From: Setoptus koraiensis
Taxonomy: Eukaryota > Animalia > Arthropoda
Assembly: GCA_048013815.1 (NCBI GenBank)
Contig: CM106585.1
Span: forward strand, 17,360,001-17,424,000
Direction of reading: 5' to 3'
Length of the DNA stretch: 64,000 nt
The first letter of the stretch is position 1; the number at the start of each line of letters is the position of its first letter. This document shows positions 10,869 through 22,854 of the stretch, piece after piece. The notes beneath the pieces are model-generated. The model was not told where the DNA came from and ran no database searches. It was given only the letters and a program-made list of their open reading frames with translations. A program made the position numbers and the translations under genes.

Positions 10869-12030
10869 GTCGGCGCGCCTCTTTTGGGGCCAGCCCGAAT
10901 AAAGGCCCCGCTCGCTTGCGTTGTGTCGGCCATGTTTGATCCCAGCGGTTCATGCTGGCGCCCGTCGGTGTGTCAGTGGCACACAAACACTGATAGCACC
11001 GACAACAAGCCAACGGGTGACGCGCACAGGTGAGTGTGATGCTGCTCTCTTAACACAATTGGCACAATTGCTGCCGCTGCCGCTGCTGCTGTTGTTGCTG
11101 TTGTTGTTACGTAACATAAATTAAAGCAAATTTGCTCGACTTTATGTTTCACTTGTTTGCCATCTGGCCGCCAGTCGAACAGCGCGCTCCATCTTCACCG
11201 GGGGCCTCTCACTCGGCAACCCCACAAACCGTTATTTACAATGCCCTGGCCATTATTATTTCGAAAGCCGGCCAACAACCGGGCTATCGTTCTTCTCCCT
11301 CTCTTTCTCTCTTTGAATACATATATCGACTGCTGCCAATGCTGCTGAATAGTGATTCGGATAAAATAAAATAAAACCCAAAAAAGAGGAAACAAAAAAC
11401 GCCACGTACTGCCGAACACCGACAACCGGCTACGTGCAACCTAAAGCCACTCGCTCTCTCTGTCTAACTGTCTATTGGCGGCTATAACAATAAATAACTT
11501 CTTAACTTTCCTCTCTCCCTCTCTCCCTCTCTATTTCTCACCTGTCATTTTGTTCTCTCACCTGTGCCAGATTAATGAATAAACTCAGCTACGTGCTACA
11601 ACTTCCGGTGATGGCTGCTTACTCATGCAGCACTGCACTACAGTCTATGGTAGCGCGTGTCTATCGATTATGCAAATAATAAACACTCTCGCTCTTTCTT
11701 TTCCTCTTGTTACTGCATGCAAGTGTGTCTGTGTGTCTAGCCAATATATTATTGACCCATAAAAAAGAGAGCGAGATATTAAATGAAATTGAACCAATTC
11801 GAAAGATTGAACTGACAAGGAGCCTTCCCGAGCTGATAGCCTCAGATTTCGAAACAAGTGTATCAATTGGATGAAACTCGTGCTTGTTGGCACGAAAATA
11901 TGTGATTTTTCCTCATCCTACCTTTCGTGCTAGAGATTTTTCTCCGAAATTCATCTCCAATCAAATCTATGTTTGCCACCTGTGATTTGGTGTGCAAATG
12001 CACTGAAACAGTCGATGCAACTGATTTAAA

Positions 12031-12228
12031 TAACAAGTTGGAAGTTTATGTTTCTGCTTAATGTTCGGCATAAGCTCTCTCGTTATCGCCCAAGACGCCC
12101 AGATCAGATGATTGGATTCCAGCGAAATTGCCGAAAATATTTATTTAGTTGGAATCTTTCGGAGCAATTCACAGGAAAGGGCATGTATCAGATAAAAAGT
12201 GCGAGAACTATTAACTTCCAACTTGTTA
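12031..12228. mobile_element. Inverted-repeat element (MITE-like relic) in an AT-rich patch
   Basis: TAACAAGTTGGAAGTT (12031-12046) and its exact reverse complement AACTTCCAACTTGTTA (12213-12228), with degraded similarity extending on both sides. Confidence 0.45.
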
Positions 12229-13672
12229 GTTCAGATCATTCGAATGCATGCAACTTGGTCTCATTCGCCCAATCTGGCTCATGGCAAACATGACCAATTG
12301 AATTGATGATGAATTTTGGAAAAAATCTCTAAAACGAAGGATTAAACTAGGGCGAGATAACCCGTTTCCGTGTTCAGTGAAAAGAGTTGCATCTATCTAA
12401 TAGATACACTCGTGTTTTGAGATGTGAGGGTATCACCTCGCGATTGTCGTTACAAATATTGGTCTACTTATATTTATTGAAGCCGTTTGGGCCGGCACAT
12501 TTATCAGGGCAAACAGTCTAGATTGCAGTTGTGTAGAAAGCTCTCTCACTGTTGTTGCCTGTCTGGATTTATACAGATATTACGCTTGGCTAACTTCTTG
12601 GTGGTAGCAGCGATTTGTTATGTTGTGTTTGGTTCAATTGTAGCGCAGTTGAATCTAACGGCTGTTGGTTTGTTGTGGAAGAGAAGCCTCAGTGTCAGCG
12701 AACAGTCCAACAGCAGATTAATTGGGTCAAATGAATGCGATACGCTGGTGTGTTCAACTAGATTGGTCCGTTACATGTCGGCACCATTAACAAGAGGGCG
12801 CCAAAACATTTAGTCGTACAAACAACAGAAACATGGACAATTTTTGCAGCTCGTTAGTAAACATTCTCTATCAGCGATGATGATTGGACACATTTTAACA
12901 ATTACACACAATTGCATCATAAATCTGGCCAGACGTTTGTACTGTGTTGTTATTATTCGGACTGCAGTTGACCCAAGCCACATTGCTATATTGCATCATA
13001 CAATTTGAGTGAGAAAGGGTTGTAGAAAAAACGGCTGCATGTGAATGGCATAATTTTCGACAGTACAATGCACAATTGTCTTTTGTGCATTGTACTTGAT
13101 TTATTGCGAGAGAATGTGGCCCCATAATAGTTGTCGAGCGTTACCGGATGATCAAAGATGACAAAGTAAAAAAGTGAGAAACATTTTCCTTCATCAGCGG
13201 CTCCACAATTAATTAATTAACGCGCTGTGCCGTTGTTGGCAAATAAAAAATACAAGACAAAAACAAAACGGGCGCCAATGACGACCAATGTACGGCCAAC
13301 TGAGGAAGCGACCAAGCCAATAACCAAGTTGGACCCGGGGACCCTCTCATAGGGAGAAAGGTTGCTTTTGTGTTTGGAGGCGCCTAATTAATTTGAGTTT
13401 GCCGGCGATCGGATCATTAGCGACAGTTGCCGTGTGACACGGGCATATCGGTTAATCAGATTGGTCATTAATATATATTAGCTGCACCGGCTCCAATAAC
13501 GAGTGGCTATCTAGCTGACTGGCTAACTGGCTAACTGGCCAACTGGCTAAGCGGCTAACTGGCTGGCACCTGCGAGCAGATTGTTTATCATCGGCGAGCT
13601 TGGCAAGGTGTCAAATCAGCGACTGACACCTCGCCTACAACTGATTCTGATTAATATGATTGGTATTGTTGT

Positions 13673-13704
<32 letters not shown>

Positions 13705-14735
13705 TCGTTGCGTCAATGCGACAACAACAATACCGATCATATTGTTCATCAGCACCTCTCACAGCCACTGCTCATATGATATGTTGACGTAAGCGATGGG
13801 CATCTCTCGCCATCTCACTATGCTCACGGCTCGCTCTGCTACGGCTCAATATTAGTTATATAACTAGTCGTTGTTGTTGTTGCTGTTGTTGTTGTTGCAA
13901 GCGAGTTATTTGGGCCAGCTAAAAGTCGCAAGTAACGAGCATGTGCAAGTGTGTCACGAGAACGCAATTGGAGGCGCCTCATTGTTTTGCCTTCAATCAC
14001 AATCAGCTATTGCTTTCGCTCGCTCTCTCGCTCGCTTTCACTGCCGCTGTTTCTGGCAAACAGAGAGAGAGAGAGAGAGAGAGCAAATAAATGGTCATCG
14101 GACCCTCACACAACACACAGCGCGCCCCCTTCCGGTGGAGCCGGCCAGCCCGAAGTGACCGCCAATATAATGTACGCTTGTCGCTTCGGGCCCAATGCCG
14201 TCCAATTGTGTTCGTTGGGGCAATTGTTTGTATGCCAACACGATATATGCAGCCTTCATTGGAATTAGTGCGTGTGCCAGTCGACAGTTGGCTGCATTTG
14301 GTGGCAATGAGTGACCGTACGACTTGACAACAACTGCCGCAACGATCATTGTGTTTCCGTCGGGGGCCCCATATAACGGGTTGGTGCCGTTGAGTCGAGA
14401 GACAACAAAACAATCAATTGTGTGCCGCTGTTTCGAGCCAGTTAGCCAGTTAGCCGGTGGCCAGTGGCTTGCAACATCGCTAATCGAAGTGCATCTAGTT
14501 AGTTGCGGGCGCGCGGGTGTATGGCGATGGCATGTGGCGAGAGAGCGTTTCTAACGCGTTTCGGACGCCCCAAACAGTGCGAACTGCGCCAGCGATTCGC
14601 TCGATGGGATACCTCGCAAATGAGCCGCACAAATACATTGGTGAAATTGATCGAAAGAAGCAGGCGATGTGCGCGAACAATTGAAGCAGTTTGCATCGGG
14701 ATGCATTCAGCCAGAAAAAGAAGACGAGCCAAGGC

Positions 14736-14849
14736 GAGGCGAGACGAGACGAGACGAGAAGAAACGAGACGAAACCAGACGAAACCAGACGAAACGAGAC
14801 GAAACCAAACGAGACGAGACGAGACGAAACCAAACGAAACGAGACGAAA
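14736..14849. repeat. Degenerate pentamer array (GAGAC/GAAAC/CAGAC/CAAAC)
   Basis: About 22 five-base units. Explains the RRDET/SRLV ORFs in the track. Confidence 0.9.
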
Positions 14850-17800
14850 AGCAACCATAACAGAGAGTGTGGGGATCGCAGTCAAGTGCACTCAAATTTA
14901 TTCATTAGTAAGTCGCGTTCTATCTTATCTGGGTGTCTGTCAATGCGATCATGATCAATTTGGCTTATAATCTACGAGTGAGGAAAAGAAAATGCTAATA
15001 TTTCGTAAAATTTGCACCGACGTCAACGATATTTTGATAGACGCACAAGAGCGCGGAAAAAAACACACCAGTGGCAAACATAAACTAGCCAACACCACTG
15101 ACACCTATCGCTATCTAATGTTGCTATATATAATGCTGCTTATTATATCGCCATTTCGCCCCCACCAAATGATTTATCCGTTTCGTCTTTGTGTTGGCGC
15201 GCAACTGGCTCGTAGGTTGCATAAGTTGGCAATATAATTTAAGCTGGCTCTGTTAGGCCAATAATTTGGCGCACACCGAGTGTGTAGTAGAGAGTGGTGT
15301 TGTTGTGAACAACTTGTTCATCTTGCAACACTCATTGGAGATGGCTCGATGTGGCTCGAGCTGGCGGGATAAATAAATAGCCATTTATTGATGGCGCGCC
15401 AGTCTCGCCCACTCATCATCTTAAAGGTATTAGTATAAATCAAGGAGCGGCCCGTGGAATGGATTGATCCGAGCAACGAGATATAAACAACACAGCGGCT
15501 TACCAAGTGTTGGCTGGCTGGCTGGCTGGCAGCGACACCAACATCACGCTCCGTCAGCTAGAGAGAATCGTTAGCAATGTGCCTTTACTGCTATCGTCTC
15601 GCTCGTTATATACACACATATAAATATATAGCGTCCCATCTCGAGACGCTAGTTCCCACTTGCTGTTTGTGCTCTCAATGCATAGCAAATAGCTGCAGAG
15701 AAACAGCAATAGCGCCCATTCAATTGGGGCCCCGACAAAACAAAAATCGTACCGGCCTCAACTCATTGGCAGCCCGTAATTGCTTGCTCGTCCGCCATGC
15801 GGCACATAGTGTAATTTATTATGTTATATCCATATTATATCCGTTCGCCGGCAATGAGCTCCCGAGTGTTATTATAAATTTTTAATGGCCCCATCATCCA
15901 TGGCTGGATATTTTAAAAGCCGCGCAACGCAACCGCTTGAAAATATCCAGCAATACCCAGCAATACCCAGCAATACCCAGCAACAGATCCCGCGATAAAC
16001 CCGCTTGACTTATTAGATGGCCGATCGAGTAGCCAATGATGAATGACCTCACTCATGCCACCGGAAAACTAATAACAATAATCATTGAGTGGGTGCTTGT
16101 GTGTCATTTTTATCTCTTTTTCGCCACTCTTTTCTCTCTAAAAAAGTCTCTCGCTTGCTCTCGGTCTCTTGTTTTGGCCTCTTGAGTCAAGTGTGCTGCA
16201 CCGAAATTGCTGTAGCAGATTGTATCTCTGTATTAGAGTGATAATGGCTCCCTCTCTTGTCTTGTCATATCTTGGAGGCTCGCCATTCTCGATTGTCAGG
16301 GGACCGGCCAATGTATACTGGCTGCCATACTTTGGCGAGACATTGCATTGGAATTGCGTTGCTGCTGGGACTTGGCCAAGAACAAGTCAGAGGGCTTTTT
16401 GCGCCACACACAGAATCGCAATTGGAAAGGGGCCCACGGCTTGTCGGCAAGCAACCGACTGCCATTTGAGAGTGGCAAAAGCATGAATGGGGCGACAGGG
16501 GCCCTGCCAATACGGGGATATAGCCCGTATCATAGAGGCATGCTTTTATCATGATCTATGGTGGCCGGTTTAATGCCGTGCAAGCCAATACAACACAAAA
16601 ACAGCATCATCATAATGTATCCAAGTATAAATATTTGGGCGCCTCTGGCACACACAGCAGGTATTGTCTGATGATCCCGGTCTCATGGTTTATCAAATCT
16701 CTATGTCTATATCGGCGCGGACAATGCATCCCATTTAAGCTGATGATGCCAAATAGTGGCTTGCAAGGGTGCTTATCGTCGTAGTTAAGCACAACAATTT
16801 TACTTTTATCGCTCGTATTTTGGTAGGCAATTTTATCTGCAAAATAAAGGGCGCTTGATGATGGTGAGCCGACAAATAAACTATTGAATATTTGGTTGTT
16901 GCATCATTCTTTTTTGTCCGTCTCTTTCATCAATGGAGCAACTCTTACTCTTAGTCTCTACATTGGAGCAATATCTAGTTTTGCCAATATTTCACTGGCG
17001 CGCAATATCTGGATGCTTTCACTTTTTTCACTTGTAAATCCCCCCGCTTGCATCGAGCTGGATGGCATCGGAAAAAGAGTTAAGATTAATGATGGCTGGC
17101 CGGGCGCCAGCGCAAAGCAAAGCAGACGGCTTCCGAGTGCCTATATTCATTTGGAGCTTTCGCATTCTGCTAGAAGTATTTCTGTTTATCAAGTTACGGC
17201 AGAGATACGACGCGGCTTGAGATATCATTTCCAGTTGGCTGCAATGGGAACAGCCGGCCGGCCGGCCGGCCAGCACCTCGGCTCGTTGAGAGCCGCAACC
17301 TGGCCCTGGGCGATGGCCCGCCAGGCCGTCAACTAACTCAGTGTCTGGCCGAACCGGGCGACCGTCTGACCGGCCAAACGACCGACTGACCGCTAGCGGT
17401 GTGCGGCTTGGCCAGTGTTGGTTTTGGCGCAGTGAGGGGCCAATAGTGACGGGGGCCAGCAATTATGTGGCACGAAATATAGATTGCTCTCTATTTATAT
17501 ATTCCTGTTGCTGTTGTGGTTGTTGTTGTTGTTGTTGTTGCTGTTGTTGTTGTGTATGGTGAGTTATTCACAGAGGAGAAGCGCGGCAACTTGAGAACTT
17601 GATTATTCACCATCGCCTTGCAACGAGCCGGGCCCGCTCGATGGACGGGCCCAACGGGGACCAGCTATTAAATTATTTGCTATTTGTATTAGTTGTTGTT
17701 GTTGTTGTTATTATTATTGCTCGCTTGTGAACAATTGGCGCTGCCGAGTTGCTTGTTGGCGAGCTGGCTGCAATTGAGCTCTCCCTTGGCCCACAATGAA

Positions 17801-20800
17801 CAATGGCGAGCTGAATATTTGCCTGGCTGACAATCGCCAATAATAAGCAACTCCGTCAGCGATGGGGGTGTTTATGTCATCTTCAACTCTCTCGCTCTCT
17901 CTCTCCCTCGCTCCCTTGCTCCCTTATTCACTGATTCGGCCCCGTTCTCTGACTCTCTGATTTGATAACCATTTAGACCATTGCCAGTGCGCCCACTATT
18001 GCCACTATTGTTGCCCAATAACACTGCCGTTCGGCATGCCCAGCCGAGTAACGCAATACGCGCGCGCCGGCGTCTCAATCGGCCCGAGCCTTCGGCCAAT
18101 TTCGAGTGCTGGTCAAGATTACATAATATGATCTCGCTGTCTCGGCTGCCGTCGCCACACAACCAAGTGACCTAAACAGCCAGCCAGCCAGCCAGCTCAC
18201 AAGGCTCACATAACTCCGCTCGCTCGTTTGTTTGTCTAAGCCTCCTCTTCCTATTACCATTGTTAGGCTGGCCAATTGACCGAGCGCCTAGCGACGTTGG
18301 CGACTTGCCACTGGCCGCCAATCGCCACTCGCTGCTTGCGCCAACGCGCCCCTTTATTGAGCGGCCCAATTGTGCGCACCCACCAGAGAGGTACAGCGAC
18401 AATGTCGAGCTGTGGACATTGTTGTGAACTCAGTTATAAATTGCATTCGTCGTCTAGATCTTGTTCCACTGTCGAGCAGTTTGATTTCTGAGCGGCCGCG
18501 TGTTTATTGCATTTATATCATATGCATGCAAACTAAATTGCTCTCTACTATGCGATGATGCCACTCCGATTCAAGCGAGATTGCGAGCAATTGTGAGCTC
18601 AGATTAGAGAGCCACTGTTGACAAGTAACAACCGGAACTGGCCTGGCTGCCGCTGGCCAACGCAATTTTGAGGCCCGTGCAATGATTTAGCATGATTTGT
18701 TGTATTGGCGCCACTAGTTGACACTGAGAGGCGCCTCTTATTTGCTCAGTTTGTTTGACCGATTAACTGGCACGATCACTTTATGTTGGTTGCAACTTGC
18801 AAGTTCACGCGTGGATACTACGGTCACATTATGGATATCAATGATATCCATGATATGATGGTGGATATACGGCCCCGTGAGTCGCAGTAGCCAGGGCTCA
18901 CTCACAATTGTCAGCATTGTAATAATTATTGTCGATTGTCGTGGCAGCAGTTTGCAGCACAGCGACAGACAGGGGGCGCTGGCGAGCGACCATCTGTTGT
19001 CGTTTGTATTGAATGGGGCCGTTGCAAGATAGTGCAGAAGCTCTATATAATTATTAAGCTAATTAATGGGGCTGGAATCAATCAAAGAATCCGGCTTCCC
19101 AGAATGGTCGCTTGGGTGCGCTGTCGCGGGCTGTTGTCGTTATTGTTGTCGTCGTTGTTGTCGTCGTTGTTGTCGTCGTAGTTGGCTGACAGTTAACAAT
19201 GTGACAATGTACAAAATGTCTAAATTATCCTGTTACCATCACCGTTAGCGCCGAGTGTGATAAAGTTGTGATAAGGCTGATAAAGAGGTAAATAGCCGGC
19301 TGCGTTCTGCTGAGTGAACTTTGCCGGCTTGCCAACACTGTTTATTTCTATTGGCGCAGATTGAGGCCAGACAATGAAGAAAGTAAATTATTTGAGAGTG
19401 GCGAGACACTCTTAATGACAATGCAGCTTAAGCGCACACAATGCCCGCTCTCTCAATGGAGCATCGCGGTGCCGGATTTTGATTATCTGGGCTTTTAGTT
19501 TGATATTGGCTGGTGCATGCACCTTTGCCGGCGCTGAGCATTGTGTAAACTTATACCCAGACTGTCGCTCGGTGTGTCGACTGTCGGGTTAAATTCGGTA
19601 TAAATTGCCGCACACACACACGGAGTTTCTTTTTGATATTATCAGTGTGTCAGTCGTGGCTAATGGTTCATTACAGCGTCTGGCCGCCACGACGACTCGT
19701 CAGACCCGCCAGACCCGCCAGACCCGCCAGACTCGCCCGACTAACTAGAGCGGCTCTATGGCCGGCCTAACCCGACAACAAAGTACCCCTGCTCGTTGTT
19801 ACAGTAATGGTAGTAGCTGGCGGCTATTGTGTGCGCTTCTTTGGCGCCTCTCAGGGCGTCGCGATGCCTCCCGATCTCAATCGCAATGTAATGAGTCTGA
19901 TTCGAGCTTGTCCGAGGCGCTATTTTGTCTCGATATTGGCGCCGTTTTCTCGCCTAGCCGAGCCAGACTGTTCCAGGGCGGTTGTTGCTTGCGAAGAATC
20001 GCCCCAAACAATCTGTTGGCCGGCTCAGTCCGCCAGTCTGCTAACTGGGCGCCATTATACTCGCCAAACAGCCGCCCTACACTCGTTATATAATCGGCTC
20101 GCTGCGTAGTCCCGTACCTAGCCGCACACCGGCGCCCAGTGAGCTGGCGAGCCGGCCAGCCAGCCAGCCAGTTATCCGGCTGGCGAGTTATCCGACCGGC
20201 GAGTTATCCAGCCAGCGAGTTATCCGAGCCAGCGGACAGCCGATTGTGTTGCGGGCAGGCGCTGTCGTTGAGTGGCCAAATTCAGTCAAACACACACACA
20301 CACACAGAGTGTGATTTTGGCGCTGGCCAGTAGTTGCTGATTACGACGACGACGACCAACTGACCAACTGACCAATTGAAAATAGCCGCTTCTTATCGGG
20401 CGCGCAAGCCAGCCTGTCGTGGCGAGGCTATTATCCATAAGTGGATACTATTCACTTTGCCAGAGAAACCCAAGCAGCCCACTAAAACCATCGGTCCATT
20501 GGAACGCTGGCAAGAGCTTTATTTGATACTTCAAACGGTCGCTGTTTATCTAGATGAATAGAGTTTGAGCGTCTGTCGATGCAACGCCGCCAGCAAGCAT
20601 GTAAACGGACACGTCGACGTCTTAATGCCGGCTGGCTGGCCTCACTGGCTGGCTGGCCTCACTGGCTGGCTGGCGGGCCCCACTGGCCGACGAGATTGCT
20701 GGATTGTTGTTATCTAATCTGGCACCTACATTGCACACGCACGCACAGTGTTTACTTTGCCTCAGTACGCGCCCTCTATGTGCGCCCCCTCTATCGGCCA

Positions 20801-22373
20801 TTCATTTGTCCGACATTGGCGCAAACCGATTGTGTGTGTATCCAGCCAACCGGCTCATTGTTAACAATGGGCATCTGCACAAACAAAAACGCGCCTCAGT
20901 TATTATTTTAATTTTTCCTTTCGGCCGCCGGGGGCCGCTGCTTCTCTGGGCCGAGTTTCTCAACTGCTTTTCTCGGTCGCTGTCGTGGGCCCATTCTGTC
21001 GAGGCTGCTCGCGGCCGCTTGCATTGCTTTTCATAGCGGCACCCATAACAATCAATTGCGTTGCGATAACAGTGCTGAGCACATTGGTGCACAAGTTGTT
21101 GTGAAATTGGACATTGGCAAGACAACACGATGGCCAGCAAAGTTATATCAAAAGTGGCGCCCAGCGACAAATCGCCGCCATCGACCAATTTGGCAAGCTC
21201 TCTATGTATATCTGTGCTCTCTCAGGCCCCATTGAGAGGCTGAAAGAGATAGATATATATGGCACGCTGTGCGCCAGTGTATATACGGCACAAATCGTCG
21301 GCTTGCCCAGCATTGGACAGCATTGGACAGCATTGGACAGCATTGGCTCGCTCACCAATGCTGTCCAATGGTCAATGCGAGTGTTACGTAATAGTGCAAA
21401 TGGGGCTGCAGTGTGCAGCACAAACAAACAGTTGCACAAACGACAAAGTAGCGCAAACTGAGAGTGGCGAGCCATCTCAAGTGGCATCTTAACAAACAAC
21501 AAAATGATGATGATTGTTGTGCCCCCTAACGCACACAAACAAAGATAGTCTGTGAGTTGTGGTCCCGTTATAACTGTCTGCCCATTTTGAATGGTTTGTT
21601 CTGCCGGCCGGCCGGTCACGGGGCCCCAGCTCGCTGGCCGGGCCCAATGAAAAATGCGCCCGGCCGCCCATATTGAGTTGAGTCGACGCAAGCCGATTGC
21701 ATGCGAGCGCCTGTCTGGCCCCGCTGGCTGGCTACGTGTTTGTGTTTCTGGCAGCGGTCGGATGTTTGCCCGCTGCACCGGCCGCCGGTCAGTTGAGAGA
21801 GTCAACGAACGAGCGACGGCGCAACAACTTCTCGGCAGCAACTCACAGTCTCGGCAACAACTCGGCGAGTGCCGGCAACAACTCGGCGAGTGCCGGCAAG
21901 AAAGTTAGCAGAAAAGTTGTCAGCGGGAGCGATTGACTACGAATTAGGAATGTGCCCAATTGTTTGTGTGCGTGGGGCCCGCGACTTTGAGAGCGAGCCA
22001 GCGAGTACCCTCATAAAATACACTCTGCCAGGCTGTGTGTGCCAGCGCCGGGCACAAGTGGGGCGCTATCTCGGCGCTATAAAATGCAATCCAATTCAAT
22101 CCAATATGGCGCCTGTGTTTGTGTTTGCTGTAGCGACATGTCAGCAGCGACAGACTTGGCCCCAATCGGCGAGCGAAGTGTCAGTGATGCAGTCAGTCTG
22201 GCCCTTGTTGTGGCTGTATAGTTTTGGCGATGATTGCAGCGGGCCAGTTGTGCTTAAATGGTGCTCTACTCGTCTGACAGTTTTAGTTGGACGGATAGTT
22301 GATAGTTGGATATTTGAACATTTTCAGAGCTAAATAGTGTTTGTGTTTGTGCTTGTGCTTGTGCAATACTCAC

Positions 22374-22489
22374 CCAATGGCCAATAGTTCAATAGCAGAT
22401 ACAAAGTGTATAGGGGCATCGAGAAGAGCCCAATGAGCAAATCGGCGAGCGCTAGGCTCAACAGGAAGTAGTTTGACACAGTTTGCAGA
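22374..22489 (-). CDS. mAChR-A: Muscarinic acetylcholine receptor, A-type: coding exon 2 (ICL1-TM2-ECL1)
   Basis: Encodes (S)[38 protein letters not shown](G), the LQTxSNYFLxSLAxAD...SMP...WPLG signature of muscarinic receptors. Acceptor CCCAG|T and donor G|GTGAGT. 116 nt, and the phase matches exon 1. Confidence 0.95.
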
Positions 22490-22800
22490 CTGGGTAGTTG
22501 TTGTTGATGTTGGTATTGTTGTCGGTATTGTTGTTGCGTTGTTGTCGGGTTGTTGTTGGGTTGTTGTTGCGTCGTTGTTGTTGTTGCGCAATATTGTGTT
22601 GATTGTTTGTTGGCGAGCAATATTTTGTTGTTTTGTTTTTGTTCATTGGTTGTCGGTTAGTTAACACACACACAGCAATCAACCGAGAGGCATGAGTGAT
22701 GAGGCAAAGCAATTCGCACCAAGCAATTCATTTTATTTTGACATGTTCACCGCACACCGGCAACCAGTTACGTCATTGGGGGTTTAATTGTTTGCCGTGT

Positions 22801-22854
22801 TGTGCCAGTTGCGCCAGTTGTGCCAGTTGTGCCAGTTGTGCCAGTTGTGCCAGT
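22801..22854. repeat. 9-bp tandem repeat TGTGCCAGT x6
   Basis: Direct reading. Confidence 0.9.

Noticed and set aside
14495-14970. Several 60-155 aa RRDET/SRLV ORFs
   Set aside because: Produced by the degenerate pentamer array.
17028-17240. MRKLQMNIG resembling the family motif MRVLQVAxG
   Set aside because: Flanks do not align with the secreted family; probably chance.
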